Shown one piece after another: positions 1-8,994 of a stretch of 49,826 nt of DNA (the stretch's first letter is position 1; every line of letters starts with the position of its first letter). A model generated the notes under the pieces. The model did no database searches, was not told where the DNA came from, and saw nothing but the letters and a program-made list of their open reading frames with translations. The DNA comes from Actinomycetota bacterium. GTDB lineage: Bacteria; Actinomycetota; Acidimicrobiia; Acidimicrobiales; Ilumatobacteraceae. A program made the translations under genes and the position numbers. The stretch lies in the NCBI GenBank assembly GCA_043755475.1, contig JAYUSX010000439.1, forward strand, positions 1 to 49,826, written 5' to 3'.

Positions 1-1
1 C

Positions 2-3000
2 CCGCTCGCAGCGAGCTACAGCGATGTGGCGGCCGCGGTGGATCGCGACCTCGCGACCCACCTCGCGCATTGGCAGCGCCGTTGGCAAGCGCCGGCGACC
101 GACGCGCTCGGACTCCTGCGCCACGACCGCCCTGGCCCCGACGGATTCATCGGTCGCCGCCTTCCCTGGACAGCGACTGATCTCCGCCGTGGGCCCGCCA
201 CGACCGGCTTCGCGCTCGCGCTCGCCGCGCTCGCCGCGACGCTGCGCCGCTACGCGGGTGCCGACCGGTTCACGATCGGGCTCACGACATCGCTACGTGA
301 ACCGGCGGACGAGTCCCTCGTGGGCTACTTCCTGAACGTGTTGCCGGTGCCGATGGAGCTCGAACCGAGCATGACGCTGGCCGACGTGGCCGAGCGCGCC
401 AGCACCGAGGTTGCGCAGGCGCTCGCGCACCGACGCCTTCCAGCCGCGCGCCTGGTGGCCGAAGCACGACACGCAGGTCTCCCGCTCGGTGCCGGGAACG
501 TCATCCTCGCCTACGAGGATCTGGCCACCTCGGTCGGCGGGTCCGTGCACGCCGAACACGAGATCCTGTGGAGCGGTGCAGCGGTCGCCGATGCCACGTT
601 CTTCGTCCAGGTGCGCGACGACGTCGTCGACCTGGGGCTCGAGTATCGCGGCACGATCCTCGACGACCGCGGCGCCCAGCTGCTCCTCGACGACGTACAG
701 CACACGATCGGCCGCCTGTTGGCCGATCCATCACGCACGGTCGCCGACCTCGAACTTCCGTCGCTGCTCGAAGGCCGCCTCGTCGGCGACCCCCTCGTCG
801 GCGAGCCGTCGAACCGACGGGTCGACCGCCTCATCGCAGACATCGCGAGCGCCTCGCCCGACGCTGCTGCCATCCACTGCGCAGGACGGTCCACCACCTA
901 TGCAGACCTGATCCGGGCCGCCGACGACGTCGCCACAACCCTGCGCGCACTCGGCGTGACCGCGGGCAGCCGGGTCACGGTGCTGGCTCCGCGCAGCGAG
1001 GAGACGATCGCCAGGTTCCTCGGAGTCTGGAGGGCTGGATGCTCCTTCGTCCCCATCGATCCCAGTGCACCGCTCGCTCGTCGACAGCTGATCGCGTCGG
1101 AGGCTGGGGCTCACGCCACCATCGACGGGGCCGGGATCGCACTGACGTCCGGCGGGCATGCCGGCCTCCGGCCGAGCGACGTGCCGGACGGCGAGGCATA
1201 CGTCCTGTTCACATCCGGCTCCACGGGAACGCCCCGCGGCGTGTCCGTCGGTCACGATCAGCTCGGAGCTTCCAATCAGGCTCGGCGCCAGTTCTACGGC
1301 AACGACATCGCGTCGTTCCTCGTGGTGTCCAGCTTGGCGTTCGACTCGTCCGTGGCCGGTCTGTACGGCACGCTGACCACGGGCGGCACCGTGGTGCTGC
1401 CCACCGATGCCGAGGCCGGCGATCCGGACGCGCTGCTTCACCTCATCGACGATCGTCGGGTCGAGGCAACGCTGCTGGTGCCCACCCTCTACCGCGCCAT
1501 GCTGCAACGTGGCGCCGATCGCTCACACTGGATGAGCCATGTGATCGTTGCCGGTGAAGCCTGCGCCGCCGACCTCGTGAGCCGTCACGTCGAGCTGCGT
1601 CCCGAGTGCGCGTTGATCAACGAGTACGGCCCGACCGAGACGGCCGTGTGGGCAACCGTCCACCGCTGTTCACCGGGTGACGACCCGGTTCCGATCGGTC
1701 GACCGATCGCCGGAACCATCGTCCGCGCGGTTGATGAAGCGGGCGCGCCGCTCCCAGCGGGCTGCCTCGGCGAGTTGGAGATCAGCGGCTCAGGGGTGAG
1801 CAACGGATACGTGAACGACATCGAATCGATGGCACGGCGATTCGTGGTCAGCGACCTCGGGCGTTCGTACCTCACCGGCGACCGAGCTCGCATCGACGCC
1901 GCCACCGTGTGGTTCGAGGGCCGGGTCGACGATCAGCTCAGCGTCAACGGTCTGCGCATCGAACCGGCCGAGATCGAACGCGTGCTCGTCGGAGTGAGCG
2001 GGGTTCGCGACGCGGTGGTGTCGATGGCCGATCCGCGACGACTCGACGAGGCCCTGGCGGCCCTCCCCGATGTCACCGCCCGTGCGCTTCTCGCCCGGGC
2101 GAGCGCCGCTGACGACCCGGTGACGGCCCTTCGTCGATCGGTCTCCGAGCACAGCGAACGGCTGGTCCTCGTCGCACACATCGAGACCTCTGGCGGTCGC
2201 GTCGAGCTGCAAGACATCGCAGACGCGCTCGCCGTGCTCCCGCCGAAGTTGCGCCCCACCCGGTTCCAGGTGTGGGATCAGCTGCCGCGCAACGTCCATG
2301 GCAAGTTGGATCGAGGTGCGCTCGTCGGCCTGACTCCGACTCGACGGGACGACGGTCTCGACCCCGACGCCGAACCTCAGGGCGCGCCGTCGGGTCGCCG
2401 CGGCGGCTCGACGACACCATCGCCGTCGTCGGCCACCCTGGCGGTCGTGCTCGACGCGATGGCATCGGCGTTGGAACGCGAGATCCTGCCGAACGACGAT
2501 TTCTTCCGTAGTGGTGGCGACTCGCTGGCTGCGCTGCTGACCGTCACGCGAATCGAACGAGACCTGGGCCGCCCGGTGATGGTGACCCGGCTGATCGAAC
2601 ACCCCACGGCCCAGGGGCTGGCGGCGGCGCTCGACGCCTCGGCGGGATCCAACCATCGACAGGCGGCCGGCGATCCTCTGAGTCATCCACTGATCGAGTG
2701 GGAACATGGCGATCCCAACGACCGCAGCCGACCGATGCTGGCGCTGTTCGCCCACGGCGGCAACGGCCACCTCCTCGGTTACTACGACCTGATCGCGGGT
2801 CTGCGCACGCAGCACATCGCCCATCACGTCGTCGGTTTCCGCTTGCCCGGCGCCGATGAGCGCACCGTCGCGAAGGCGACGATCGAACACCAGGTCGACG
2901 CGTTCTTCGAGGGCTTTCAGGACATCGCCGGGCATCGCCCATGCGTGCTGCTCGGCGGCTCGAGCGGTGGGCTGCTGGCGTGGGAGGTGGCCAAGCGCCG

Positions 3001-3520
3001 ACGCGCGCTCGGTCACCTCGCCGACACCGTGGTCTTCATGGACACGGTGCACCCTGATGCACTGCGGGAGTCGCGTGGGTCGCGATTCGGCAAGTACCGC
3101 CGCCTGTTCGCCGACGGTGGCGTCCGGGGCGTGGCGACCGAAGTGAACCGTCGCGTGGCTGCCCGCCGACGTCTGGCCTTGGCGACTCGCCACGGGGAGA
3201 CGGCCGGGGTCGCGGCCGCGCTCGGAGCGGCGCAGACCGCCGCGGTGCTCGTGGAGGAATCGGTCGACCGATCAGCGATGGCCTACCACCCTGTGCGCCT
3301 GCCGACCCGGACGGTTCTCCTGGCAGCATCGGCCACCGATCGTGCCTACACCGAGGCCCGTTGGAGGCCGATCGCAGCCGGCTTGGTGGTCGTGCCGGTG
3401 GAGGGCAGCCACAACGGTCCCGACTCGATCGGTGCCGCCCACCGGGTCCACCAGGTGGTGGCGGCCGCGATCCTCGAGCTCACCCGGCTCGAGCATCACG
3501 ACGACACCCCGAACGAGTGA
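2..3520 (+). CDS. Non-ribosomal peptide synthetase, terminal module (partial C domain - A - PCP - thioesterase); 5' end runs off the window
   Basis: The frame is open to the left edge. A-domain cores: FTSGSTGTPRGV (A3), NEYGPTET (A5), YLTGDRA (A7), GRVDDQLSVNGLRIEPAEIE (A8), HGKLDR (A10). PCP motif FFRSGGDSLAAL. TE motif GGSSGG (GxSxG). Confidence 0.9.
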   Translation, partial: PLAASYSDVAAAVDRDLATHLAHWQRRWQAPATDALGLLRHDRPGPDGFIGRRLPWTATDLRRGPATTGFALALAALAATLRRYAGADRFTIGLTTSLREPADESLVGYFLNVLPVPMELEPSMTLADVAERASTEVAQALAHRRLPAARLVAEARHAGLPLGAGNVILAYEDLATSVGGSVHAEHEILWSGAAVADATFFVQVRDDVVDLGLEYRGTILDDRGAQLLLDDVQHTIGRLLADPSRTVADLELPSLLEGRLVGDPLVGEPSNRRVDRLIADIASASPDAAAIHCAGRSTTYADLIRAADDVATTLRALGVTAGSRVTVLAPRSEETIARFLGVWRAGCSFVPIDPSAPLARRQLIASEAGAHATIDGAGIALTSGGHAGLRPSDVPDGEAYVLFTSGSTGTPRGVSVGHDQLGASNQARRQFYGNDIASFLVVSSLAFDSSVAGLYGTLTTGGTVVLPTDAEAGDPDALLHLIDDRRVEATLLVPTLYRAMLQRGADRSHWMSHVIVAGEACAADLVSRHVELRPECALINEYGPTETAVWATVHRCSPGDDPVPIGRPIAGTIVRAVDEAGAPLPAGCLGELEISGSGVSNGYVNDIESMARRFVVSDLGRSYLTGDRARIDAATVWFEGRVDDQLSVNGLRIEPAEIERVLVGVSGVRDAVVSMADPRRLDEALAALPDVTARALLARASAADDPVTALRRSVSEHSERLVLVAHIETSGGRVELQDIADALAVLPPKLRPTRFQVWDQLPRNVHGKLDRGALVGLTPTRRDDGLDPDAEPQGAPSGRRGGSTTPSPSSATLAVVLDAMASALEREILPNDDFFRSGGDSLAALLTVTRIERDLGRPVMVTRLIEHPTAQGLAAALDASAGSNHRQAAGDPLSHPLIEWEHGDPNDRSRPMLALFAHGGNGHLLGYYDLIAGLRTQHIAHHVVGFRLPGADERTVAKATIEHQVDAFFEGFQDIAGHRPCVLLGGSSGGLLAWEVAKRRRALGHLADTVVFMDTVHPDALRESRGSRFGKYRRLFADGGVRGVATEVNRRVAARRRLALATRHGETAGVAAALGAAQTAAVLVEESVDRSAMAYHPVRLPTRTVLLAASATDRAYTEARWRPIAAGLVVVPVEGSHNGPDSIGAAHRVHQVVAAAILELTRLEHHDDTPNE

Positions 3521-3521
3521 C

Positions 3522-3566
3522 CGCGATGAGAGATGAGGGCGCCAGGGCCACTCATCTCTCATCGCG
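3522..3566. repeat. REP-like perfect palindrome (16-bp arms CGCGATGAGAGATGAG / CTCATCTCTCATCGCG, 13-nt loop) between convergent genes; likely bidirectional terminator hairpin
   Basis: Read directly from the sequence. It lies between the NRPS stop (3520) and the minus-strand gene end (3589). The same arm sequence recurs at 22524-22629. Confidence 0.8.
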
Positions 3567-3588
3567 AGGGTTCGGTGGGTCGGGTCGG

Positions 3589-4320
3589 TCAGGACTCGCG
3601 GGCGGTGGCGTCGATGATCCGACGCAGGTCGGCCGGCACCGGTAGCTGCCTGGCGTTCACGCGCTTCGCCACCTGCTGACCGAGGCCACCCTGGTCGACG
3701 ATCGCCCGGGCCACGGTGGAACCCAGCCGTCCGCCGACGCCGAGTTGCCCCGACGCCACCGCGGCGATGAGCGCGCTCGACACCTGTGCCGCGACCGGTT
3801 GCACTCGGGACCAATCAACCTGATCGGCCATGGCCTTCACCGTTCGGGCGGCATCGCCGGTGCGCTCGGCCGCAGCCGACTTCACCGTCGCCCAGTCGAC
3901 GTTGCGCAGCGCGGCCGCCACCTCGTCGGCGTCGGACGCGAGCATGTCGTCGAGATCGACCACACCGGAGGCGGGGCCCTGCGGCTCGGCGACACCGGAA
4001 CCGCCATCGGTCTCGGTCTCGGTCGCCTGGACGTCGGTCTCGGTCGCCTGGACGGTCGCCATGTCGGTCATGGCCTCCGTTGCCGCCGTCGCTGCGGTGG
4101 CGGATGCTTGGGCCGCCCCGCGCAGCAGGCCGAGAACCGCATCGAGTTGCTCCTTCGGCGAGGCCCAGATCGGCTGGGCAAGGCCTTCGTCGCCCCGTTT
4201 GCCGGCCTGGAACTCGTCGCGGAGCGTCTGCGTCGCATGCTTCACGCGACCTGTCACATCAGCGGCACGCACCGAGCGGGCAAGGCGGCCGGCCATGCCG
4301 GCAGGATCGAATCGGCCCAT
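3589..4320 (-). CDS. Hypothetical protein, Ala/Thr/Asp/Glu-rich with internal repeats
   Basis: This is the only frame here with natural composition; the overlapping plus-strand ORFs are Arg-rich artefacts. Contains an in-frame 21-bp tandem duplication (4014-4055) encoding VQATETD/VQATETE. No recognisable family. Confidence 0.55.
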   Translation of the reverse strand: MGRFDPAGMAGRLARSVRAADVTGRVKHATQTLRDEFQAGKRGDEGLAQPIWASPKEQLDAVLGLLRGAAQASATAATAATEAMTDMATVQATETDVQATETETDGGSGVAEPQGPASGVVDLDDMLASDADEVAAALRNVDWATVKSAAAERTGDAARTVKAMADQVDWSRVQPVAAQVSSALIAAVASGQLGVGGRLGSTVARAIVDQGGLGQQVAKRVNARQLPVPADLRRIIDATARES

Positions 4321-4358
4321 CGACGGTCACGCTAGCGGGGCTGCCAGAATCACGACCG

Positions 4359-5066
4359 ATGAGCACCGATCTGTCCTACCTGCGCGACGCCTACCTTTCC
4401 GAGTTCGAGGCGACGGTGGTCGACGTGCGCGACGGTGCGATCGCGCTCGACCGCACCGCGTTCTATCCCACCGGCGGCGGACAGCCGCACGACACCGGCA
4501 CGCTGGCCGGGCTCGCGGTGACCGATGTCCGCAAGGAGGACGAGGTCGTGTGGCATTCGGTGACCGGCGGCGAGTTGCCGGCCATCGGGTCGTCGGTTCG
4601 CGGCGAACTCGATTGGGACCGGCGACATCGGCTCATGCGCACACACACCGCGCTGCACGTGCTGTGCGGTGTGATCTGGAACGAGTGGCGGGTACCGGTG
4701 ACCGGCGGGAACATGGAGCCGTTGAGCGCACGAATGGATTTCGAGTTCGACCCGTTGCCGGACGGGTTCGGTGCGAGGGTCGAGGATCTCGTCAACGCCG
4801 AGCTCGCAGCCGACCGGGTCATCGAGGTGTCGTTCCTCCCGAGGTCGACGGCGGTGATGGACGAGGACCTGATCCGCACGAAGGTGTCGATGATCCCCTC
4901 GACCGTGACCGAGATACGTGTGGTCGACATCGTCGGCCTCGACAAACAGGCCGACGGCGGCACCCATGTGCGCTCCACCGGTGAAGTCGGCCGGATTCGT
5001 GTGATCAAGTTGGAGAACAAGGGCAAGGGCAACAAGCGCGTTCGGCTCGAGGTGGTCGACGCCTGA
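4359..5066 (+). CDS. alaX: AlaX-type alanyl/threonyl-tRNA editing domain protein (tRNA synthetase second additional domain family)
   Basis: Start chosen at ATG 4359 (MSTDLSYLRDAYL...), in frame within ORF 3786..5066. Motifs: FYPTGGGQPHD, HTALH (HxxxH), DGGTHV (position of the CxxxH motif), NKGKGNKRVRL tail. Confidence 0.85.
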   Translation: MSTDLSYLRDAYLSEFEATVVDVRDGAIALDRTAFYPTGGGQPHDTGTLAGLAVTDVRKEDEVVWHSVTGGELPAIGSSVRGELDWDRRHRLMRTHTALHVLCGVIWNEWRVPVTGGNMEPLSARMDFEFDPLPDGFGARVEDLVNAELAADRVIEVSFLPRSTAVMDEDLIRTKVSMIPSTVTEIRVVDIVGLDKQADGGTHVRSTGEVGRIRVIKLENKGKGNKRVRLEVVDA

Positions 5067-5164
5067 TGCCTTCGAGCGTGCAGGACAGGCCCGCCGCGTC
5101 GGGTTAGCCTTCGCCACCGACACCGGAGCGACCACCAGGATGGGGTCGAGGCTGAGGGGGATGA

Positions 5165-7867
5165 TTGACGCCGGACACGTTCGTGGAGCTCCATGGAGCG
5201 ACGTGCCTGCACTGCGGACATCGCACCGCTGCGGTGCTGTGCCCACGGTGCTCACACGACACCTCCATGGCCGGTCCTGTCCTCGTCCGCCCCGACACGG
5301 TGCGAGTCGGGTACATCGGTCGCGGCGGCACGGCCACGCCCGCGCTCTGGTTGCGAGCCCCTGTGGGGGCTGTCCGCCCGTCTGAGCAGCAGGCACCGAC
5401 GACCGAGGGTCCCGCCGATGCGGTGAGCCCACCCGAGGTGATCCTCGCCGATCCCACCAATCCGGCCGGAGTCGACATCACCGGTCCGACACCGATCGCA
5501 CCGCGCGCTCCGGCACCCGGCTCGCTCGTCGACACCATCGTCACCGCCGACGGACGCACGGTGGATGTGCTGGCCGACGGACCGAACGGTTTCGTGCCGG
5601 TGGGGGGCCTCACCGACATCCGTTGTGGCGTCGCCGCAGCACTGATCGCGTGCACCTGTCCGTCGCTGCTCGGTTGGGGCAACACCGAGATCGAACCCAC
5701 GCTGATCTCGACTCGGCTCGGCGTCGAACACGCCGTCGATCTGCCCCGCGCTCGACGCACCGCGTGCGAGCTCGCCACTGCCGGCCATCCCGAACTCGTG
5801 TCGCGCCTGCCGCTCAGCGCCGGTGAGATCTCGTGGTGGACCGGGCTCGGTCACCTCCGCCTCGGCGATCGGGATCGTGCCGCCGAGCAGTTCGGCCTGT
5901 TGCCGGCAAACGGGTACGCCGTGGTGACCGTCGTCTTGCGATGGGCGGCGCAGCGATGGGTCGGCGATGCCGCTTCGAACGCACGGTTCCTGCTGGGCAA
6001 GCGCTTGCACGGCACCGCGGCGCAACGCTTGACCCAGGTGAGCATCGCGTGCGGCATCACGCCGCTCGCCCGGTTCCTGCTCGACCCCGCAGCGGCACTC
6101 CCCGACTCGCTGCGGCGCCTGTCAGGGGTTGCGCCGAGCGTTGCCCGCGCCCTGGCGCTGAGTGGATCCGTGCTCGACGAACCGCTCGACGTGGGGCCGA
6201 ACGTGAGCTTGTCGGTGCTCGACGACCTGATCGACCTGAGCTCTCCGCTGGCGGCCGAGACCATGTCGGACGAGCAACGTCGCCACGTCACCGCCCGTAC
6301 CCGGCCAGAGGCCCTGAGCGATGACGACGTCGAACAGATCGGGCTCACGTTCGAGCGCGATCGACGACGGCTCGCAGCGGGTCGAATCGACGAGATCGAT
6401 GCCGGGTTCGCCGATGCCCATGTGCGCGGTGTGGTGCATCTCGTCGAACACGGCGAAGTGAGCGACGACCTGCGTCAGGTCGACCCGGAACGAGCCGATC
6501 AACTCGCGGACTTCCTTGCATCACCGTCACCGGCCACACTCACCCCCCGCCTCGTCGCCGATCCATCGCTGTGGCCGCTGTTGGCCCGCCGGCTCGACGT
6601 CGGACTGTGGAACTGGAAGAACGACCTCGATCCGCAGACACAGCGGTTCATCGGCTGGTACGCCCTGAGCGCGACGTTCGACCACCTGGTCGTCGGCGAT
6701 TGGACGAACGCTCTCGAAGCCGGGCACCATGCCCATCGGCTTGCCGCAGGCGACGACCAGCGCAGAGATGCGCTGAACCTGGTCGCGTTCGCGCTGTGGC
6801 AGCGCAACGACGGAGATGCAGCGCGCGACATCCTGTTGAGCGCGATCGGTGGCGCCGACGACGTGCCGTTGCGGGTGAACCTCGCCATCGTCGCGTCGAG
6901 CCTCGATCCCGAGTCGGCCGCACTCGAACTCGCCCGGCTCGTGCGCGACTCGGGTTCGTTGGAACTGCGTTGTGCAGCCGCCATGCGGGCTGTCCATCTG
7001 TGGAGCGATGACGAGCTGCCCTGGACCGTTCGTCGGCAACGTGCTGTGCCGGCGGCGCTCACCGAAGCCCTTCGGGAACTGGTGGTCGCCGACATCGACA
7101 TCGGCGTGTTCCGGTCGATCGCGGGCATGCAGTCGAACGTCGACCGGGAGTGGCTCGCCCGACCTGCGCACCTCGGTTCGTCGCCGCATCGCGCCACGCT
7201 GGAAGCGCGCGTGTACCAAGCGCGTGCAACGGGCCCCCGGGAGTACGTCGATGCGCTCACGTTCGCTCTTCGATCCGGCTCGGTGCCGGACTGGGTCGCA
7301 GCAGAACGCGACCGGGCGGTCGAGATCGCCGCCCGACACGTGTTCGACGACGACGGCTCGTGCGCGCTGTTCGCCCTCTTCGCGGTGCAACGCAAGATGC
7401 CCGTCACGGCCGACCATCGCTCGTTGCTCGCTCCCCTGGCGGTGCTCGCCGTGAGCGAACAGACCGAGCCGGGCAGCGACCCACCACCCGACACGTACCT
7501 GCAGTTGTTGGCCGACGCCGACTCCCACTGGAGCGACCGACGCCCCTCACCCCATCTGCTGCACGTGATGGACGCTGCGTGGGAGCGGCTCGCCACGTGC
7601 CATGTCCGCTTCCTCGAACTGGTCATCGATCGAATGGTCCAGGCGGTCGAAGACCTCGACCGGCGGCTTCGCCGCGACCCGCGCCAGCGACGCAACGTGC
7701 CTGCGCTGCGGGCAGCCTTGGAGCCGATCCTCGATGATGCAATCGCAGCCGACGACGTGCTCAGCGAGTTCCGTCCGCACGTTGCAGGAACACCGATCGC
7801 CCGCGAGATCGACGACCTGCTCCGAACGGTGCGAGACATCCGCCGGGCAACCATGAGGATGCTGTGA
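5165..7867 (+). CDS. Large hypothetical protein (900 aa) with N-terminal CxxC-x8-CxxC zinc-ribbon, Pro-rich linker and large helical body
   Basis: TTG start at 5165, preceded by GAGGGGGA. Zinc-ribbon-like CLHCGHRTAAVLCPRC near the N-terminus. No recognised catalytic motif. The stop overlaps the next gene (GTGA). Confidence 0.6.
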   Translation: MTPDTFVELHGATCLHCGHRTAAVLCPRCSHDTSMAGPVLVRPDTVRVGYIGRGGTATPALWLRAPVGAVRPSEQQAPTTEGPADAVSPPEVILADPTNPAGVDITGPTPIAPRAPAPGSLVDTIVTADGRTVDVLADGPNGFVPVGGLTDIRCGVAAALIACTCPSLLGWGNTEIEPTLISTRLGVEHAVDLPRARRTACELATAGHPELVSRLPLSAGEISWWTGLGHLRLGDRDRAAEQFGLLPANGYAVVTVVLRWAAQRWVGDAASNARFLLGKRLHGTAAQRLTQVSIACGITPLARFLLDPAAALPDSLRRLSGVAPSVARALALSGSVLDEPLDVGPNVSLSVLDDLIDLSSPLAAETMSDEQRRHVTARTRPEALSDDDVEQIGLTFERDRRRLAAGRIDEIDAGFADAHVRGVVHLVEHGEVSDDLRQVDPERADQLADFLASPSPATLTPRLVADPSLWPLLARRLDVGLWNWKNDLDPQTQRFIGWYALSATFDHLVVGDWTNALEAGHHAHRLAAGDDQRRDALNLVAFALWQRNDGDAARDILLSAIGGADDVPLRVNLAIVASSLDPESAALELARLVRDSGSLELRCAAAMRAVHLWSDDELPWTVRRQRAVPAALTEALRELVVADIDIGVFRSIAGMQSNVDREWLARPAHLGSSPHRATLEARVYQARATGPREYVDALTFALRSGSVPDWVAAERDRAVEIAARHVFDDDGSCALFALFAVQRKMPVTADHRSLLAPLAVLAVSEQTEPGSDPPPDTYLQLLADADSHWSDRRPSPHLLHVMDAAWERLATCHVRFLELVIDRMVQAVEDLDRRLRRDPRQRRNVPALRAALEPILDDAIAADDVLSEFRPHVAGTPIAREIDDLLRTVRDIRRATMRML

Positions 7868-8862
7868 GCGCCGCCGGCGACGATCGCCGCAACGCGTACG
7901 TCCTGCTCGGACTGACGTACGGAACATCCCTGGCCGAGGCGCGCCGAGCCTTCACCCGACGTGCCCGCGAGGCCCGCTGGGGAGACGGAACCGGTGCCGA
8001 CATCTCCGACCTCGAGTGGGCGCTCGCCAGAATCGAACTCGAACACAACGAACCAGCGGCGGCGTTCGGCACCTACCGGGTCCCGGCCGATCCGAACGTG
8101 CTTCGTCCGCCTGCCGGCTTCGGACTGCTGGCACCGATCCCCCGCGCCGCGACTCGGCGTTCTCCGATCACGCCTGAAGAGGAACGGGCGGTGGTGTTCG
8201 ACGCGGCGATGCGCGAAGCGGCCCAGCATCTGCTCGATCGGACCTCGGCTGCGGCAGGCCGCAAACTCGATCGGATCTCGGAGCTGCCGCTGCCGGCGGT
8301 GACGGTGCCGAACCTGCCGATTCGCAGACGAGGATGGGCGCCGGTGGTGCTGGTCGGTGTCGCCGCCCTCGCAGTGCTGGCGGTCGCAGGCGTCTCGGCG
8401 CTCACGAGCGACGACGCCGATCCCGACCTGTCGCCCATCGCCACCACACAGGTCGTACCCACCGACGTCGTCACGACATCGCCTGCCTCCACGGCAGCGC
8501 CCGACACCACCGCGGCATTCGGGAGCGAGCCCGGACTGGACGAGACGATCGAGGTGGCCGGCATCGAGATCACGCCCCATGACCCACTCGACGGCTACGG
8601 GCACCTGTGCCTGATCTTCACCCTCGATGGCGACGTGCCGTTGGGGTTCGTGCGCGAGAACGTCACCCTGATCTCGGGCGGCATCGCCTACGACGCCGCC
8701 CTCGGCGTGAACACCGGCCGCGCCCTCGCCACCGATGTGTTCGGCGACCCAGCACCGACCGATCGCGAGATCTGCTTCGCCGTCGAGGGCTGGCGAGATC
8801 GAAACACCGACCTTGTGTATGCGACGCAAGCGGGCAACTACCGCTGGAGGATCGGCACCTGA
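7864..8862 (+). CDS. Membrane protein with degenerate J-like N-terminal domain (no HPD), one TM helix and extracytoplasmic beta-rich domain
   Basis: GTG start overlaps the upstream stop by 4 nt. N-terminus NAYVLLGLTYGTSLAEARRAFTRRAREARWGDG resembles J-domain helices I-II, with WGD in place of HPD. TM helix: GWAPVVLVGVAALAVLAVAGVSAL. Confidence 0.6.
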   Translation: MSAAGDDRRNAYVLLGLTYGTSLAEARRAFTRRAREARWGDGTGADISDLEWALARIELEHNEPAAAFGTYRVPADPNVLRPPAGFGLLAPIPRAATRRSPITPEEERAVVFDAAMREAAQHLLDRTSAAAGRKLDRISELPLPAVTVPNLPIRRRGWAPVVLVGVAALAVLAVAGVSALTSDDADPDLSPIATTQVVPTDVVTTSPASTAAPDTTAAFGSEPGLDETIEVAGIEITPHDPLDGYGHLCLIFTLDGDVPLGFVRENVTLISGGIAYDAALGVNTGRALATDVFGDPAPTDREICFAVEGWRDRNTDLVYATQAGNYRWRIGT

Positions 8863-8976
8863 CGTGACATCCGGTCCACGGCCCGACGATCTCGACGGGC
8901 GTGAGACACTGAGTCGGGCGTGAGACACACGGTCGAGGGTGGCCGGCGTGTCCGACTACTCTGCCGTCACGTCAGG
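8858..8976. promoter_or_regulatory. 11-bp inverted repeat (CCTGACGTGAC / GTCACGTCAGG) enclosing two 14-bp direct repeats (CGGGCGTGAGACAC at 8896-8909 and 8915-8928), upstream of the MFS-cNMP gene
   Basis: Read directly from the sequence. Sits in the 132-nt gap upstream of ATG 8995. Function not established. Confidence 0.35.
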
Positions 8977-8994
8977 GGAAGGTCGAGCGGTGCG

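Noticed and set aside
8863-8880. CRP/cAMP-receptor-type site (TGTGA-N6-TCACA) near GTGACATCCGGTCCAC, upstream of the cNMP-domain transporter.
   Set aside because: The half-site spacing and the second half-site do not fit the consensus when counted base by base. Only the generic GTGA/CAC resemblance remains.
6499-8928. 809-aa minus-strand ORF, and similar long antisense or off-frame ORFs (1790..3193 -, 26888..28507 -, 45001..47157 -, 21378..22619 -, 19123..20076 -, 15070..16110 +).
   Set aside because: These have Arg/Gly/Pro-rich, low-complexity composition typical of non-coding frames in high-GC DNA. Each lies opposite a gene with clear family motifs, and none shows a recognisable domain.
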